64,000 bases of DNA from a bacterium (GTDB taxonomy: Bacteria > Electryoneota > Electryoneia > Electryoneales > Electryoneaceae), in the NCBI GenBank assembly GCA_963669175.1, contig OY769902.1, positions 896,001 through 960,000 on the forward strand, read 5' to 3'. The translations under genes and the position numbers were made by a program. The notes under the pieces are model-generated. The model was not told the origin of the DNA, searched no databases, and saw only the letters and a list, made by a program, of their open reading frames with translations. Positions 8,747 through 19,221 of the stretch are shown here, piece by piece; the stretch's first letter is position 1; every line of letters begins with the position of its first letter.

Positions 8747-9422
8747 GCCGTTAGTTGGCGGCTACCTTGGGAGATGAATCCCACTACTATTTACTCCGGC
8801 AGGAGTAACCTGAATATTATTATTGGTATACAGTTTGGATTCTTAGGCAACCACTGTCGGGGTTGGCAGGTAGTCTACACCCTTTTCCCACCGTGAGCGC
8901 CAAACAGACTGGAGCTGGACGGTGGGTTTATTCAGGGAACCACTGCCGTGGTTCTTATCCCGCCCGTTCCATCAAGTATCACATGTGAAAGTGCCAGTCG
9001 TGAAATATCCGGGCCAGTAACACCATGTTTCGTACATAGACGAAACAGCGGGACCTTCCTGATAGCATAGTGATGTAGTAAAGAACCCACCCATCACCCA
9101 GCCTGCGCACCAGATTCACAGGGTAAGCACCAGCTTCGCAGTTTTTCTTGGTACATATAGCTTTCAGGTTTCTCTTTCACAACACTGGAGCCCTGATTTA
9201 CCTCTCTTGTTCACCTTCATGACAATGAAAATCTATTCGGGCAACAGGTGTCTGCTTAGCCTTATTGCCTACAAGCTAAAAAGAATTCTGAAACGATCGT
9301 AATACAGTCGAATTCCTTATCAGAAGAGGAATTGCATTTTCAATTGGAGTAATTCTTGCTCGTGTTTGTGTCGGGGATCACTTCGGCGTGTGAAGGGGAT
9401 CACGCGACCAAGGGGGGATAGA

Positions 9423-11744
9423 ATGAAAGTGCAACGCATCCTTGCAGGAGTATTTTTACTTCTTGCAGCATTCACCGGACCTGTTTTCGGTGAAGCGATT
9501 ATGATCCCGCAAACCGAAGGTTACACCAGTGAGCTTGTCCCGCTAAGAAAAGTAGCCGCTTCCATTTCCATCCAGGACCAGGTAGTCATTACAGAAGTTG
9601 ATCAGAAGTTTGATGCTTTCTGGGGCGGTGGGCCACTGGATGTGTTTTACGCTTATCCGGTTCCGGAGCTGGCGAGTGTGATCGGGTTCGGACGCTGGGT
9701 GGACGGCGAAATATCCTATTTTCCGCTCGTGCAGGAGGAACAGCAGGAGCCGGGTGGAAATGGGGGCAGCCATTTTGAAGAAATCATGGAATACCTGCAA
9801 CCCAATCCTCTTTTTGCGCCACTTTACGAATTGCCGGACGAAATCCTGAACATGCGTCTCGAATATGCCCAACTCATGGAATACGATTTCGGCGAATATG
9901 TCTTCACCTACCCGCTTGGAACCCCCTTTAATGCTGGCAGCATCGATACGGTGATAGTCAATATTGCGATAGAATCCCAGCGGACCATTAATGGTTTTAT
10001 CGTTGAAAACTATAACGTGGAAATCCTGCACCAGGATGCGGACAGCATATCGCTGCAATTCACTGATTTCACCACGCTACCCAACGAAGACCTGACTATC
10101 CGTATCATGGTTGACCAGGAAGACACGGGCATGTGGGTGATGTCCTATTGTGAACATCCTGATTCCATGGGGCATTACCTGGCGGTTCTGGAGCCGGGTG
10201 AAGTAGAACCGGACAATATCCTTCAGAAATACTTCACTTTTGTGCTGGATATCTCTGGAAGTATGGCAGGCACCAAGATTCAGGAAGCACGGGATGCAGC
10301 CATTTTCTGCATTGAACACCTGGACGAAGAGGATTATTTCAACATTGTCACGTTTGAGGGGCAAGTTGCCTGTTGGATGCCGGACCCTGTCATTGCTTCT
10401 GTTGAAAACAAGGCGGCAGCAGTCAGTTTCCTGAATTCACAAACAGCAGGAGGCGGCACCAACCTCAATGGCGCAATGATGCAGGCGCTTGGTCAGGTGA
10501 TGGACACAACGGCTGCAATCCAGGTTCTTCTACTCTCTGACGGTGAACCGACATCGGGTATCACCTATCTGCCATCCATTCTGGATAACATTCAAGAAGC
10601 AAATGTATCAGATGCTTCCATTTTCACCATTGGGGTTGGGGTTTCACAAGCCAATGGCAGCAGTCCGCTCGATTTCCTGAACATGATTGCCTATGAAAAC
10701 CATGGCCTCAGCCTCTTTATCGACCAGACAGACCCGGATATCGCCGGACAGATCGAGAATTTCTTTACTCGCTTTGCTTCTCCTGCCGTGGTAGATATTC
10801 ACATCGGGTACGGCGAGGTTGGTGTGTTCGATTATTATCCGCCTGAACCGTATGCAGTATTCATCGGTTCCCAGACCTTGATTGCCGGACGTTATGAACC
10901 GGGCGGCATGGATTATTGCACCATCACCGGCCGTGTTTCCGGGAATACCTTTGAGGAAGTCTACGGCCCCTTCAATTTCACCGAAGAAGCCCAGGAATTT
11001 CCTTTTGTACCACGTATGTGGGCCATGTCCAAGATCGACTACTGGCTGGCGTACATGGCCGTAAATGGCGAAGATGATGAGATCGTGGATATGATCGTGG
11101 AGCTGTCGCTTCGCTATGGCATCGTCACGCCTTATACCTCATATGATACCGGCGGTGGTGATGATGGCGGCGGTGGCGACGACAACCCGGTATACCGTGG
11201 ACTGTTCCTGACCGCAACCTCCAAATCAGATGGCATCCACCTGAGCTGGAATGAGCCGTCAGTTACCTGTGCAGTGTCCTATGTCATCTATCGCAGTGAG
11301 GACGGCGGACGGACCTTTGCGCGGCTGAATGCAGTTCCCTTGCAGGCGACCAGGTATGTCGATACAGAAATAGTCTCCGGACAGGATTATGTCTACCGTG
11401 TCGAAATGATCGGGCATGACGGGCCTCCGGTATACGGTGAAACAGAAGTGCGCAGCCGTGGAGACATGGATACTGACGCCTTCAGCCTCTATCCAAATCC
11501 GTTCAACGCCGAAGCGAAGCTGAACTTCACTCTTGAAACATCAGCGGCGGTACGTGTGGATCTGTTCAATGTGCTTGGTCAGCAGGTTGCGACCCTTGCG
11601 AACAGCACTATGGGCGCCGGTCAGCACAAATTGTGGATTGATGCGAACCAGTATGCCAGCGGCGCCTATTTCCTGCATATGCACGTACAGCCTGTTGGCG
11701 GTCAACCAGTCACACGGATTCAGCGATTGGTCATAACGAAGTAA
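9423..11744 (+). CDS. VIT + vWA domain secreted protein with FN3-like domain and C-terminal sorting tail
   Basis: Signal peptide from ATG 9423 (RBS agggggg); MIDAS FVLDISGSM, GGTN, LLSDGEPT; SLRYGIVTPYTS; YPNPFN tail. Confidence 0.85.
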   Translation: MKVQRILAGVFLLLAAFTGPVFGEAIMIPQTEGYTSELVPLRKVAASISIQDQVVITEVDQKFDAFWGGGPLDVFYAYPVPELASVIGFGRWVDGEISYFPLVQEEQQEPGGNGGSHFEEIMEYLQPNPLFAPLYELPDEILNMRLEYAQLMEYDFGEYVFTYPLGTPFNAGSIDTVIVNIAIESQRTINGFIVENYNVEILHQDADSISLQFTDFTTLPNEDLTIRIMVDQEDTGMWVMSYCEHPDSMGHYLAVLEPGEVEPDNILQKYFTFVLDISGSMAGTKIQEARDAAIFCIEHLDEEDYFNIVTFEGQVACWMPDPVIASVENKAAAVSFLNSQTAGGGTNLNGAMMQALGQVMDTTAAIQVLLLSDGEPTSGITYLPSILDNIQEANVSDASIFTIGVGVSQANGSSPLDFLNMIAYENHGLSLFIDQTDPDIAGQIENFFTRFASPAVVDIHIGYGEVGVFDYYPPEPYAVFIGSQTLIAGRYEPGGMDYCTITGRVSGNTFEEVYGPFNFTEEAQEFPFVPRMWAMSKIDYWLAYMAVNGEDDEIVDMIVELSLRYGIVTPYTSYDTGGGDDGGGGDDNPVYRGLFLTATSKSDGIHLSWNEPSVTCAVSYVIYRSEDGGRTFARLNAVPLQATRYVDTEIVSGQDYVYRVEMIGHDGPPVYGETEVRSRGDMDTDAFSLYPNPFNAEAKLNFTLETSAAVRVDLFNVLGQQVATLANSTMGAGQHKLWIDANQYASGAYFLHMHVQPVGGQPVTRIQRLVITK

Positions 11745-12136
11745 GTCGATTTTACGGCCCTGGAAGCACAGAGCCTTGGGTAAATGTCACTTTTTCTGAA
11801 ATACGAACATGAAACACGGTAATGAGTCATTCTGAAAAGACGCCGGGATTCAACACCGGGCGATGAGCCGGACCGATGACACCGAATAAACCACACGTCT
11901 AGGCTATGCCAGGCAACCATGATACGATTTTCTGACAGGTTCTATGACACCGAATAAAACGCAGGTATGAAATGCTCAATGAAACGGTGTACCTCGTGGC
12001 GCAGGGGGCGATCCTCGACACGGTTGGCAATGCGGTTTCCTATGCGCACCCAGGAAGTCTCCTGGAAGCAGGCATCCTGATCGGACCTCCAGGATGTCAC
12101 CAATAGCCCGCGGGATCCCGCGGTACAGTATCACCC

Positions 12137-12174
12137 GGGCTGTCTCGGTTTCGAGGCAGCCCCTTTGTTTTTCT
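12137..12174 (+). terminator. intrinsic terminator
   Basis: gggctgtctcg gttt cgaggcagccc followed by a T-rich tail. Confidence 0.75.
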
Positions 12175-12501
12175 GGCTGCTCACAAGAATTTGTGACTAT
12201 TATCGACGAGCACGTTTCGTCAGGTCTTGACGTGATGCCTTGTCCTTCTCCGTAATTTCAGATATCTGTCCGACTTCACACCTGCTATTTCGCACGATAG
12301 ATCGTCATCAGGCATCATGTTGTGACCTGACGACAGCGAGAGTGCTGATACCGGTGGCAGGTCACAACGCGACAATAACAGGACGAGAGGCGGTTTCAGT
12401 ATCATTGTGCATTCAGGCAAACATAGCGAAAGCTGAAAACGGAATGTCGCGTCAAGGCCTGCCACAACATTGCCCGAATGCACAAATTCTTGTGGGGAAC
12501 C
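12175..12501 (+). mobile_element. ~330-bp MITE copy 2
   Basis: Same TIRs and body as 7927-8259; TSD GTTTTTCT; inserted in a terminator T-tail. Confidence 0.9.
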
Positions 12502-12640
12502 GTTTTTCTCTACAGCGTGTTAAGGATTCACGCCATATTTCTGTATCTCAAACAGCTTTTCCCTTGCTCAGCCTGTTCTTCTGTCGCATATTAGTGTCAG
12601 AGCTGGATCTTGCACGGTTGTCCCTGGTCTGGGAGGAGTT

Positions 12641-15600
12641 ATGTCTACCCGAATCCGCACCATATTCATTTTGCTATCCCTGTTGCTTTTTCCTGTTGTG
12701 AGCCTGTCCCAGGTTACGCTTGAGGGTGCCCTGAGCGGTACACTTGAGGCGGATACCTATGAAGTCGTTGGTTCGATCACGGTAAATCCTGAAGATACCC
12801 TTGTGATTGAAGCCGGGACACGTTTTGAGTTCATGGGATTCTACACATTCGCGATACAGGGATACCTTGAAGCCGAAGGAACTGAAGAAGATTCTATCGT
12901 TTTCATGGCTGGCGATACGACGGCTTGGAGCGGGATTGTTTTCCAGGGCGAACATGAAGATTCCTGCCGCATTTCATATGCTCTGATTACAGGGGCGTCA
13001 ACGGGAGCCATATACTGCCAGAACAGCGCCAACCCGGTCTTTCACCATGTCGATATTGTACACAATGCAGGTTCCTACGGCGCCGGGATCTCATGCAGCT
13101 CCTCTAACCCGCGCATCAGCTATTGCCTTTTGCTGGAAAACAATGCCTCGGTAAAAGGTGGCGGAATCTATTGTATTCAGTCCAGCCCGCATATCTCACA
13201 CAGCCAGTTTATCCGTAATGATGGCGGGAGCTGGGGTGGTGGCATGAACCTGTATACCGGATCAGCCCCCCTGATTGAATACTGCACCATTGAAGACAAT
13301 GTCGCCGGATCAACCGGTGGCGGTTTCCATATCAGTGGCAGTTCACCGACGATCCGTAACAGTGTCATCGATGGCAACGACGCCCCGAACTATGGTGGCG
13401 GGATTAACCTGTACAACGGCGCTACTGCGTTGGTGGACCACTGTCTCATTGTCGGCAACACCACGAATATCGGCGGCGCGGGTATTTATCACACACGTTC
13501 CAGTTCGCAAATCCGCTATTGTACTATCGTGGATAATGTGGCCGGTTCTTACGGTGGCGGTGTCTGTTTTTATGAGTCGGACAGTACTTCGATTGTCGGG
13601 TGCATTGTATCAACCAATACAGGTTTTGGGGGGCTTTACAATACTGCTTCCGATGTGCTGGTCGGCTATAACCTGGCTTTTGGGAATGATGGTGGAGAGT
13701 TTGCCGGTGAATGGGCGGACTGGATCGGTGATGCGGTGATTACCAATGCCAACGGTGATGATTGTGACCTGATGTATAACATTCAAGTGGATGCCGGGCT
13801 GGCGGAGGATTACACGCTGTCTGACGTGTCACCGGCGCTGGATGCCGGGAATTGGAATGACGAGGCTGACCCGGACGGCACCCTTCCCGATATTGGCGCA
13901 TTTTATTATGAGCACGAGGATTCGCCGGAAGTGCCCGAAGCCCCGGGCACGACTACCATGAACTGTGTAGCACGGCTCCAGTACAGCAATAACCACGCAG
14001 GGATAAAGATTGTTCTTGTGCCCCAGTCACCGTTCGCAGAACGAGATAGCACCTATACCAACGCAACAGGCAATTTCTCGTTTTCCGTAATAACCGGTGT
14101 ATATGACCTGGTGTATTCGTATGATGAGTACCAGTCCATCACCCTCCCGCTTCGTGGGATTTACGAAGGCGCATATATAGCCATGCAAACTCTCGCTCCC
14201 GATCCCATTTCCGGTAGTATCTCCGGGATCATGGGCCCGGGTTTTTACCGCGTCGATGATACCCTCCGAGTGGAAACGGAAGACAGCTTGACAATTATGC
14301 CCGGTACGACAATACTTTTCGATGGAGATGTCGTTTTTGAAGTGAATGGCGTCCTGCTTGCCGAAGGGACATCGATAGACAGTATCCTGTTTTATCCCTC
14401 TACGACCACCAACTGGCAGGGGATTCACCTTACCGGCGATCAGGCTGGCGGCAGCCGTTTCAGTTATTGCCGTATGCTGCATGCCACCCCGCATGCGGTG
14501 GAAATATCAGGCTCATCACCTCAGTTTGTGGACACGGAATTCCGAAACAACAATGCGGGGAACCGAAACGGCGCCGGTGTTCTTGTTGAAGACGAAAGTG
14601 CGCCCCTGTTCAAGCGTTGCCTGTTCCGTGGAAATACGGCCGCTTCCGGCGGTGGCGCTGTGGCTGTAACGAACAATGCCGAAGCTGAATTTGTCCAATG
14701 TACATTCGTATCCAATACCGGTGATTATGGGAGCAGCGCCTATATCATGGACAGTTCACCCACGTTTAATTCGTGCCTGTTCACCAACGACAACGGTCAG
14801 TTCCTGTTTGCCTTGGCAAACTGCGCCGGATTGAGTATTCATCATTGCCTGATGGATACGGAAAACAATCTCTTTTACGGTGAACAGGAGTTGCCTGCAG
14901 GTATGGGCGTGGTTGACAGGGTGAACGCCTCGAATGATTCCACGGATATCTTCTTCAACCTGTATTGCCCGCCACTGCTGCGGAATGTGAACCTCAGGTA
15001 CTATACTCTTACAGTCCATTCCCCGGCGCTGAATGCCGGTGACCCGGACTTGCCGTTGGATGCTGACTATACGGTCGCGGATATCGGGGCGTTTCCCTAT
15101 ACGCATCAGGGTGCAGGCTCACGTTTCCCCGAGACCATTCACAGCTTCGGTGAATTGACAATCATGGAGCCCGTTGTCTGGGAATGCCGGGTTGTGAACA
15201 CCGGGTCCGAAAACCTGGTCATGTCCATCTGGGAATGCAACACGGATGCTTTCCGTATTGAACTGGGTGATTCCATGGTTGTTGCCCCGGGTGAATTCTC
15301 CACCATTCCGGTCTGTTTTGATGGGGACGAAGATGGGGTGTATAACGGCATCCTGACGATATATACCAACAACCCGCTGTTACCCGAGGTTGTTTTACGG
15401 TTGACCGGTTCTATCAACACAAACGATGTTGCTGAGGGAACCCGTCCGCCCATTCCGGAAACCTTCTCTATTACGAGCGCTTATCCAAATCCTTTCAATG
15501 CTCGTTTGTCGGTGGAGGTTGGTCTGCCGCAGTCGGGACGTCTGTTACTGGATGTCTATAATGTACTGGGACAGCGAGTAACACAGCTTGCCGATACGGA

Positions 15601-15727
15601 ATACCGCGCGGGATATCACCTGTTCTCCCTGGACGGGGACGGACTGGCAACGGGGCTCTATTTCGTCCGGGCACAATTTGGTGGAGATCGTAATGTGGCT
15701 ATGCAGAAGGTGATGCTTCTGAAGTGA
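12641..15727 (+). CDS. secreted right-handed beta-helix repeat protein (two modules) with Ig-like domain and C-terminal sorting tail
   Basis: Signal peptide; N.A...GGGI repeats; duplicated SPAL.AG...D.D.T..DIGAF; YPNPFN tail. Confidence 0.85.
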   Translation: MSTRIRTIFILLSLLLFPVVSLSQVTLEGALSGTLEADTYEVVGSITVNPEDTLVIEAGTRFEFMGFYTFAIQGYLEAEGTEEDSIVFMAGDTTAWSGIVFQGEHEDSCRISYALITGASTGAIYCQNSANPVFHHVDIVHNAGSYGAGISCSSSNPRISYCLLLENNASVKGGGIYCIQSSPHISHSQFIRNDGGSWGGGMNLYTGSAPLIEYCTIEDNVAGSTGGGFHISGSSPTIRNSVIDGNDAPNYGGGINLYNGATALVDHCLIVGNTTNIGGAGIYHTRSSSQIRYCTIVDNVAGSYGGGVCFYESDSTSIVGCIVSTNTGFGGLYNTASDVLVGYNLAFGNDGGEFAGEWADWIGDAVITNANGDDCDLMYNIQVDAGLAEDYTLSDVSPALDAGNWNDEADPDGTLPDIGAFYYEHEDSPEVPEAPGTTTMNCVARLQYSNNHAGIKIVLVPQSPFAERDSTYTNATGNFSFSVITGVYDLVYSYDEYQSITLPLRGIYEGAYIAMQTLAPDPISGSISGIMGPGFYRVDDTLRVETEDSLTIMPGTTILFDGDVVFEVNGVLLAEGTSIDSILFYPSTTTNWQGIHLTGDQAGGSRFSYCRMLHATPHAVEISGSSPQFVDTEFRNNNAGNRNGAGVLVEDESAPLFKRCLFRGNTAASGGGAVAVTNNAEAEFVQCTFVSNTGDYGSSAYIMDSSPTFNSCLFTNDNGQFLFALANCAGLSIHHCLMDTENNLFYGEQELPAGMGVVDRVNASNDSTDIFFNLYCPPLLRNVNLRYYTLTVHSPALNAGDPDLPLDADYTVADIGAFPYTHQGAGSRFPETIHSFGELTIMEPVVWECRVVNTGSENLVMSIWECNTDAFRIELGDSMVVAPGEFSTIPVCFDGDEDGVYNGILTIYTNNPLLPEVVLRLTGSINTNDVAEGTRPPIPETFSITSAYPNPFNARLSVEVGLPQSGRLLLDVYNVLGQRVTQLADTEYRAGYHLFSLDGDGLATGLYFVRAQFGGDRNVAMQKVMLLK

Positions 15728-15774
15728 AAAAAGTGGACAGAGAAAAAAAGGTAGCCCGTCCATGCCTGGACGGG
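15722..15774 (+). repeat. GTGAAAAAA array fused to a GTAG-REP-like palindrome
   Basis: The array supplies the TGA stop of the upstream gene, then GTAGCCCGTCCATGCCTGGACGGG; same composite at 54661-54720. Confidence 0.8.
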
Positions 15775-15777
15775 TTT

Positions 15778-15963
15778 TTACTGACTATAGTGATCACGGA
15801 AAACCAGGAAAAAATTGCGGCCGCATTCCCCGCAGTGGTAGGGGTGCCAGTTCAGCATGGGCCAGATCACCATCTGCACGAAACCTTTTCGTCCCTCGCG
15901 CCGGATACGCTGGCTGCCACAATAGGGACACGCTTTTTCTCTAAAACGGTTCAGGAAGCCCAT
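15778..15963 (-). CDS. small zinc-ribbon protein
   Basis: RBS aaggag; CPYCGS...YHCGECG (two CxxC motifs); 61 aa. Confidence 0.65.
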   Translation of the reverse strand: MGFLNRFREKACPYCGSQRIRREGRKGFVQMVIWPMLNWHPYHCGECGRNFFLVFRDHYSQ

Positions 15964-16174
15964 TACGGGCGCTCCTTGTAGCAAAGTTTCACATGGCTTT
16001 TGCAGGGAAAGTACGAGGTTGATTCCCTGGATTCAAGTTGCGAGAGGTCATGTACAGGTGATAATCGAGTAGGAAACCATTCGCTGGAACCTCCTCGCTT
16101 CTTGCCATTGCCTGACATAAGCTATAGCTTATAGAGAAACGAAGGGTGGGTATCCTTCACGATTGGGAGGCAGG

Positions 16175-16810
16175 ATGACACGAAAGTTCCTGGTTTTTAC
16201 ATTGATTTTGCTGGTGCTGACGCCGGCTGCATTTGCGAAAAGAGATGCGTACTACATCAACGCGGGTGTATTCAACCCCAAAGCCACCGACAGCGGCCTG
16301 ATGATTCATCTGAATACCAGCAGGGTATTCGATGAAAAGGTCGATTTCGGCGTTTCGCTGGACTTTTACAGCAAGACATCAACGGATGATCAGCGCATTA
16401 CCTGGCAGGATCCGAATACAAACACCAGCATTGACACGGTAGTGACCAGTTTTGAATCACGGAAAGTGATGCTTCCGGTCATGGCTGAGCTAAGTATCCG
16501 AATTCCTGTTGAATTTCCGGTTTACCCGTTAATCAAGGCCGGTCTCGGGTACGCTTTCCTGTGGAACAGCTTTGACAACTATAAGACAAAAGAGAGTGAA
16601 ACCCAGTTCTATCACGGCATGTGCTGGCGACTGGGTATTGGCGGGATGTACCGTCTGGGTCACAGCAGCGCCTTGACCGTGGAGGGGTTCTACAATGGCT
16701 GTAAAACCAGCCGTAAAGAGGATTCCGTGATCGGGTTGCCCACACGTACTGAAATAGACATGAGTGGCCTTGGTTTTATGGTCGGCCTTCGCCTGGGTGG
16801 TTTTTATTAA
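16175..16810 (+). CDS. outer membrane beta-barrel protein
   Basis: Signal peptide, alternating amphipathic strands, aromatic C-terminus, RBS ggagg. Confidence 0.75.
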   Translation: MTRKFLVFTLILLVLTPAAFAKRDAYYINAGVFNPKATDSGLMIHLNTSRVFDEKVDFGVSLDFYSKTSTDDQRITWQDPNTNTSIDTVVTSFESRKVMLPVMAELSIRIPVEFPVYPLIKAGLGYAFLWNSFDNYKTKESETQFYHGMCWRLGIGGMYRLGHSSALTVEGFYNGCKTSRKEDSVIGLPTRTEIDMSGLGFMVGLRLGGFY

Positions 16811-16832
16811 GCCGAAACACCTGAGATTTCCC

Positions 16833-16861
16833 AACGCCGGGTCATACGATCCGGCGTTTTT
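16833..16861 (+). terminator. intrinsic terminator
   Basis: aacgccgg gtcatacgat ccggcgtt followed by a T-run. Confidence 0.7.
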
Positions 16862-16971
16862 CATATGGCAATCATTGTCAGTATCTTACACTTGCAGAAC
16901 AGGTTTTCAGATAGCACCTTACAAGCAGATTCTTTTTTCTTCTTCCACCCAGTTTTCGAGAAGGCAAATCC

Positions 16972-18252
16972 ATGACCAGGACGCGTTCAATTCTTATATC
17001 AGCCATCCTGATCCTGATAGCTGTCGTCAGCCAGTCTACGGCCGGCATCATCCTTTCGCCTGAACCGAATATCCGCAAGGAGCCGGTCAGGAAAACGCCG
17101 CCCAATGCGTCCCAACTGGATACGACAACTCCGCAACCGACTGCGATCCTGCCGGACAGCCTGCTGATTACTACCGAACCGGATACCATCACTCTGCTTG
17201 CGGTCGGTGATATCCTGTTCCACGATACCTGCATTCGTTCCGGGTTTGATCCAAAAACCAACACTTATGATTTTTCCGCCATATTCTCCGAAGTGGCGCC
17301 CCTTTTCCACAAAGCCGACCTGGTTATCGGGAACATGGAAGGCAAGCTGGCCGACACGGAAATCAAGGTTAATATCTGGGAATACAAGGATTTCGGCGGG
17401 TATACCGGCTATCCCCTTTTTAATGCGCCGCCACAACTCGCCACAGACCTGAAAGAAGCCGGTTTCACCGCAGTTACCACCGCTAATAATCACGCCATGG
17501 ATCGTCTTTCTGCGGGCATTTTCAGCACCAACCGGCACCTTGATGAAGCTGGACTGATCCACGCTGGCACGTCAACCAGCCAGGCGGACCGGGACTCGAT
17601 ACGAATTCTCGAAGCGGATGGGTTCCGGATCGCGTTTTTGTCCTGTACGTATGGCACCAACGGTATCCTGCCGGACAGCAGCCAGCCGTGGCTGGTGAAT
17701 TATATCGATCTCAAGCAGATCCGTGCCGATGTCGAGCGTGCCAAAGCGCTGCACCCGGACCTGATCCTGATCACTCCGCATTGGGGAATCGAATACCAGC
17801 GGACCCCGAATGATGTGCAGACATCCCTGGCCGACTCCATGTTCGCCATGGGGATCGACATCATCCTGGGCAGCCATCCGCATGTTGTCCAACCCTGTGA
17901 AATCCGCTATTCCGAGACGGATTCCACTCGTATTAAAGGTGTTGTCATTTACTCTCTCGGCAACTTCATTTCCAACCAGAGCAACGAATTCACTGACGAA
18001 GGCCTGATCTTACAGGTTGACATCGCACGAGATACTACCGGCGTAGTCTTTATCGCCGATGTTGTCACGCATCCGACCTGGGTGCAACGCTGGGACGTGG
18101 ACAGTATTCGTTATTTCAAGGTCATCCCAATCGAAGAAAAGATCCTTGTGGATAAAGATCATCCCCCGGCGCTGGATCGTGCGATGCTGGAAAAACTGTT
18201 TGACCGCGCCCAGAAACACCTTCAATCACTGGATACTGATGAGCAGCCTTGA
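16972..18252 (+). CDS. CapA / poly-gamma-glutamate synthesis family metallophosphoesterase
   Basis: AVGDI, GNME, TANNHAMD, PHWGIEY, GSHPHV and YSLGNFIS motifs. Confidence 0.92.
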   Translation: MTRTRSILISAILILIAVVSQSTAGIILSPEPNIRKEPVRKTPPNASQLDTTTPQPTAILPDSLLITTEPDTITLLAVGDILFHDTCIRSGFDPKTNTYDFSAIFSEVAPLFHKADLVIGNMEGKLADTEIKVNIWEYKDFGGYTGYPLFNAPPQLATDLKEAGFTAVTTANNHAMDRLSAGIFSTNRHLDEAGLIHAGTSTSQADRDSIRILEADGFRIAFLSCTYGTNGILPDSSQPWLVNYIDLKQIRADVERAKALHPDLILITPHWGIEYQRTPNDVQTSLADSMFAMGIDIILGSHPHVVQPCEIRYSETDSTRIKGVVIYSLGNFISNQSNEFTDEGLILQVDIARDTTGVVFIADVVTHPTWVQRWDVDSIRYFKVIPIEEKILVDKDHPPALDRAMLEKLFDRAQKHLQSLDTDEQP

Positions 18253-18979
18253 GCGACCACGCTACCTGTCGCCCGGTTTAAACCCGCAGCAGTTCCCTCC
18301 TGTACCGGAGAACTTCTGGGGCCAACTCTTCCAACATCTCTGGGATTACTGGGGTGATCCCTACTGGTGGCCGGGTCAAGACGCCTGGGAAGTGGCTGTG
18401 GGAGCTGTCCTGACTCAGAATACCACCTGGACCAATGTGGAGAAAGCGCTGGTTGAACTGCGGTCACGTAAGCTGACTACTCCTCCCGCTATCCTTGGCA
18501 CAGCTCGAGCAGAACTGGCGCCGATTATCCGGAGTGCAGGCTATTTCAACCAGAAAGCGAAGAAACTTCACGCTTTAGCTGAACTGTGGCTTTCGGAATC
18601 CTTCAAGCAACGCCTGAAACTGTTAAGTGGGACAGGGAACCCGGACTTTTTATCCGTACAAAGTATGCGTGATTCTCTGCTACAAGTCTGGGGAGTCGGG
18701 CCTGAGACGGCTGACAGTGTCTCATGCTACTCGCTGGGGTTGCCTGTTTTTGTTGTGGATAAATATACTCAGCGTATGCTTGCACGGGTAAATGGAACTT
18801 CCATATTGCCTTCTTATTGTGACGTTCAAGAGGATGTTCACACCTCTCTTCCACGCGATACCATGCTTTTTAACCATCTGCACGGCCTGATCGTCAACCT
18901 GGGCAAGGATATTTGTACCGCACGCGTAACCCATTGTGATCGTTGCCCGTTAAACGAGATGTGCGCCTCCCGGGTTTGA
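18239..18979 (+). CDS. endonuclease III-related HhH-GPD DNA glycosylase
   Basis: WEVAVGAVLTQNTTW, GVGPETAD, FVVDKYT and C-terminal Cys cluster; ATG 18239 overlaps the end of the upstream gene. Confidence 0.88.
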   Translation: MSSLERPRYLSPGLNPQQFPPVPENFWGQLFQHLWDYWGDPYWWPGQDAWEVAVGAVLTQNTTWTNVEKALVELRSRKLTTPPAILGTARAELAPIIRSAGYFNQKAKKLHALAELWLSESFKQRLKLLSGTGNPDFLSVQSMRDSLLQVWGVGPETADSVSCYSLGLPVFVVDKYTQRMLARVNGTSILPSYCDVQEDVHTSLPRDTMLFNHLHGLIVNLGKDICTARVTHCDRCPLNEMCASRV

Positions 18980-19221
18980 GTTAAACACCAACTATATAAA
19001 GGGATAACACACTCTCTTCAGCCTCTTTTTGAAGGGATGAGCCTAATCTTTGTCTCTGAGGCGACCTCTCGGAGGCTCTCGCTTGCATTTCACGTTTTTC
19101 CGGTTTTTGTTCCGTATACTCTATCCGTAAGAAAGCTCCGGGATGTTGGGGTTTTCGATGAGAACCAGGCCTTGGGAGGTGCTGGGAGGGTCGGAACGGT
19201 TGGGAAACCAGCGAGGCGATC

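Larger units (their letters stand above)
7797..9013. mobile_element. ~470-bp MITE (IS1380-like ends) interrupted by two nested MITEs
   Basis: Ends CCCGAATATTTCA / TGAAATATCCGGG; removing the two inserts and their duplications leaves a sequence collinear with the copy at 44206-44676. Confidence 0.85.

Noticed and set aside
7740-9130. RAYT remnant split by the MITE (minus-strand HHYAIRK...YMNPVH fragments)
   Set aside because: Only faint motif similarity with stops; cannot be supported without a profile search
12004-12130. tmRNA (GGGGGCGA..TCGAC start)
   Set aside because: No T-arm/CCA 3' end, no tag frame, and the region is too short
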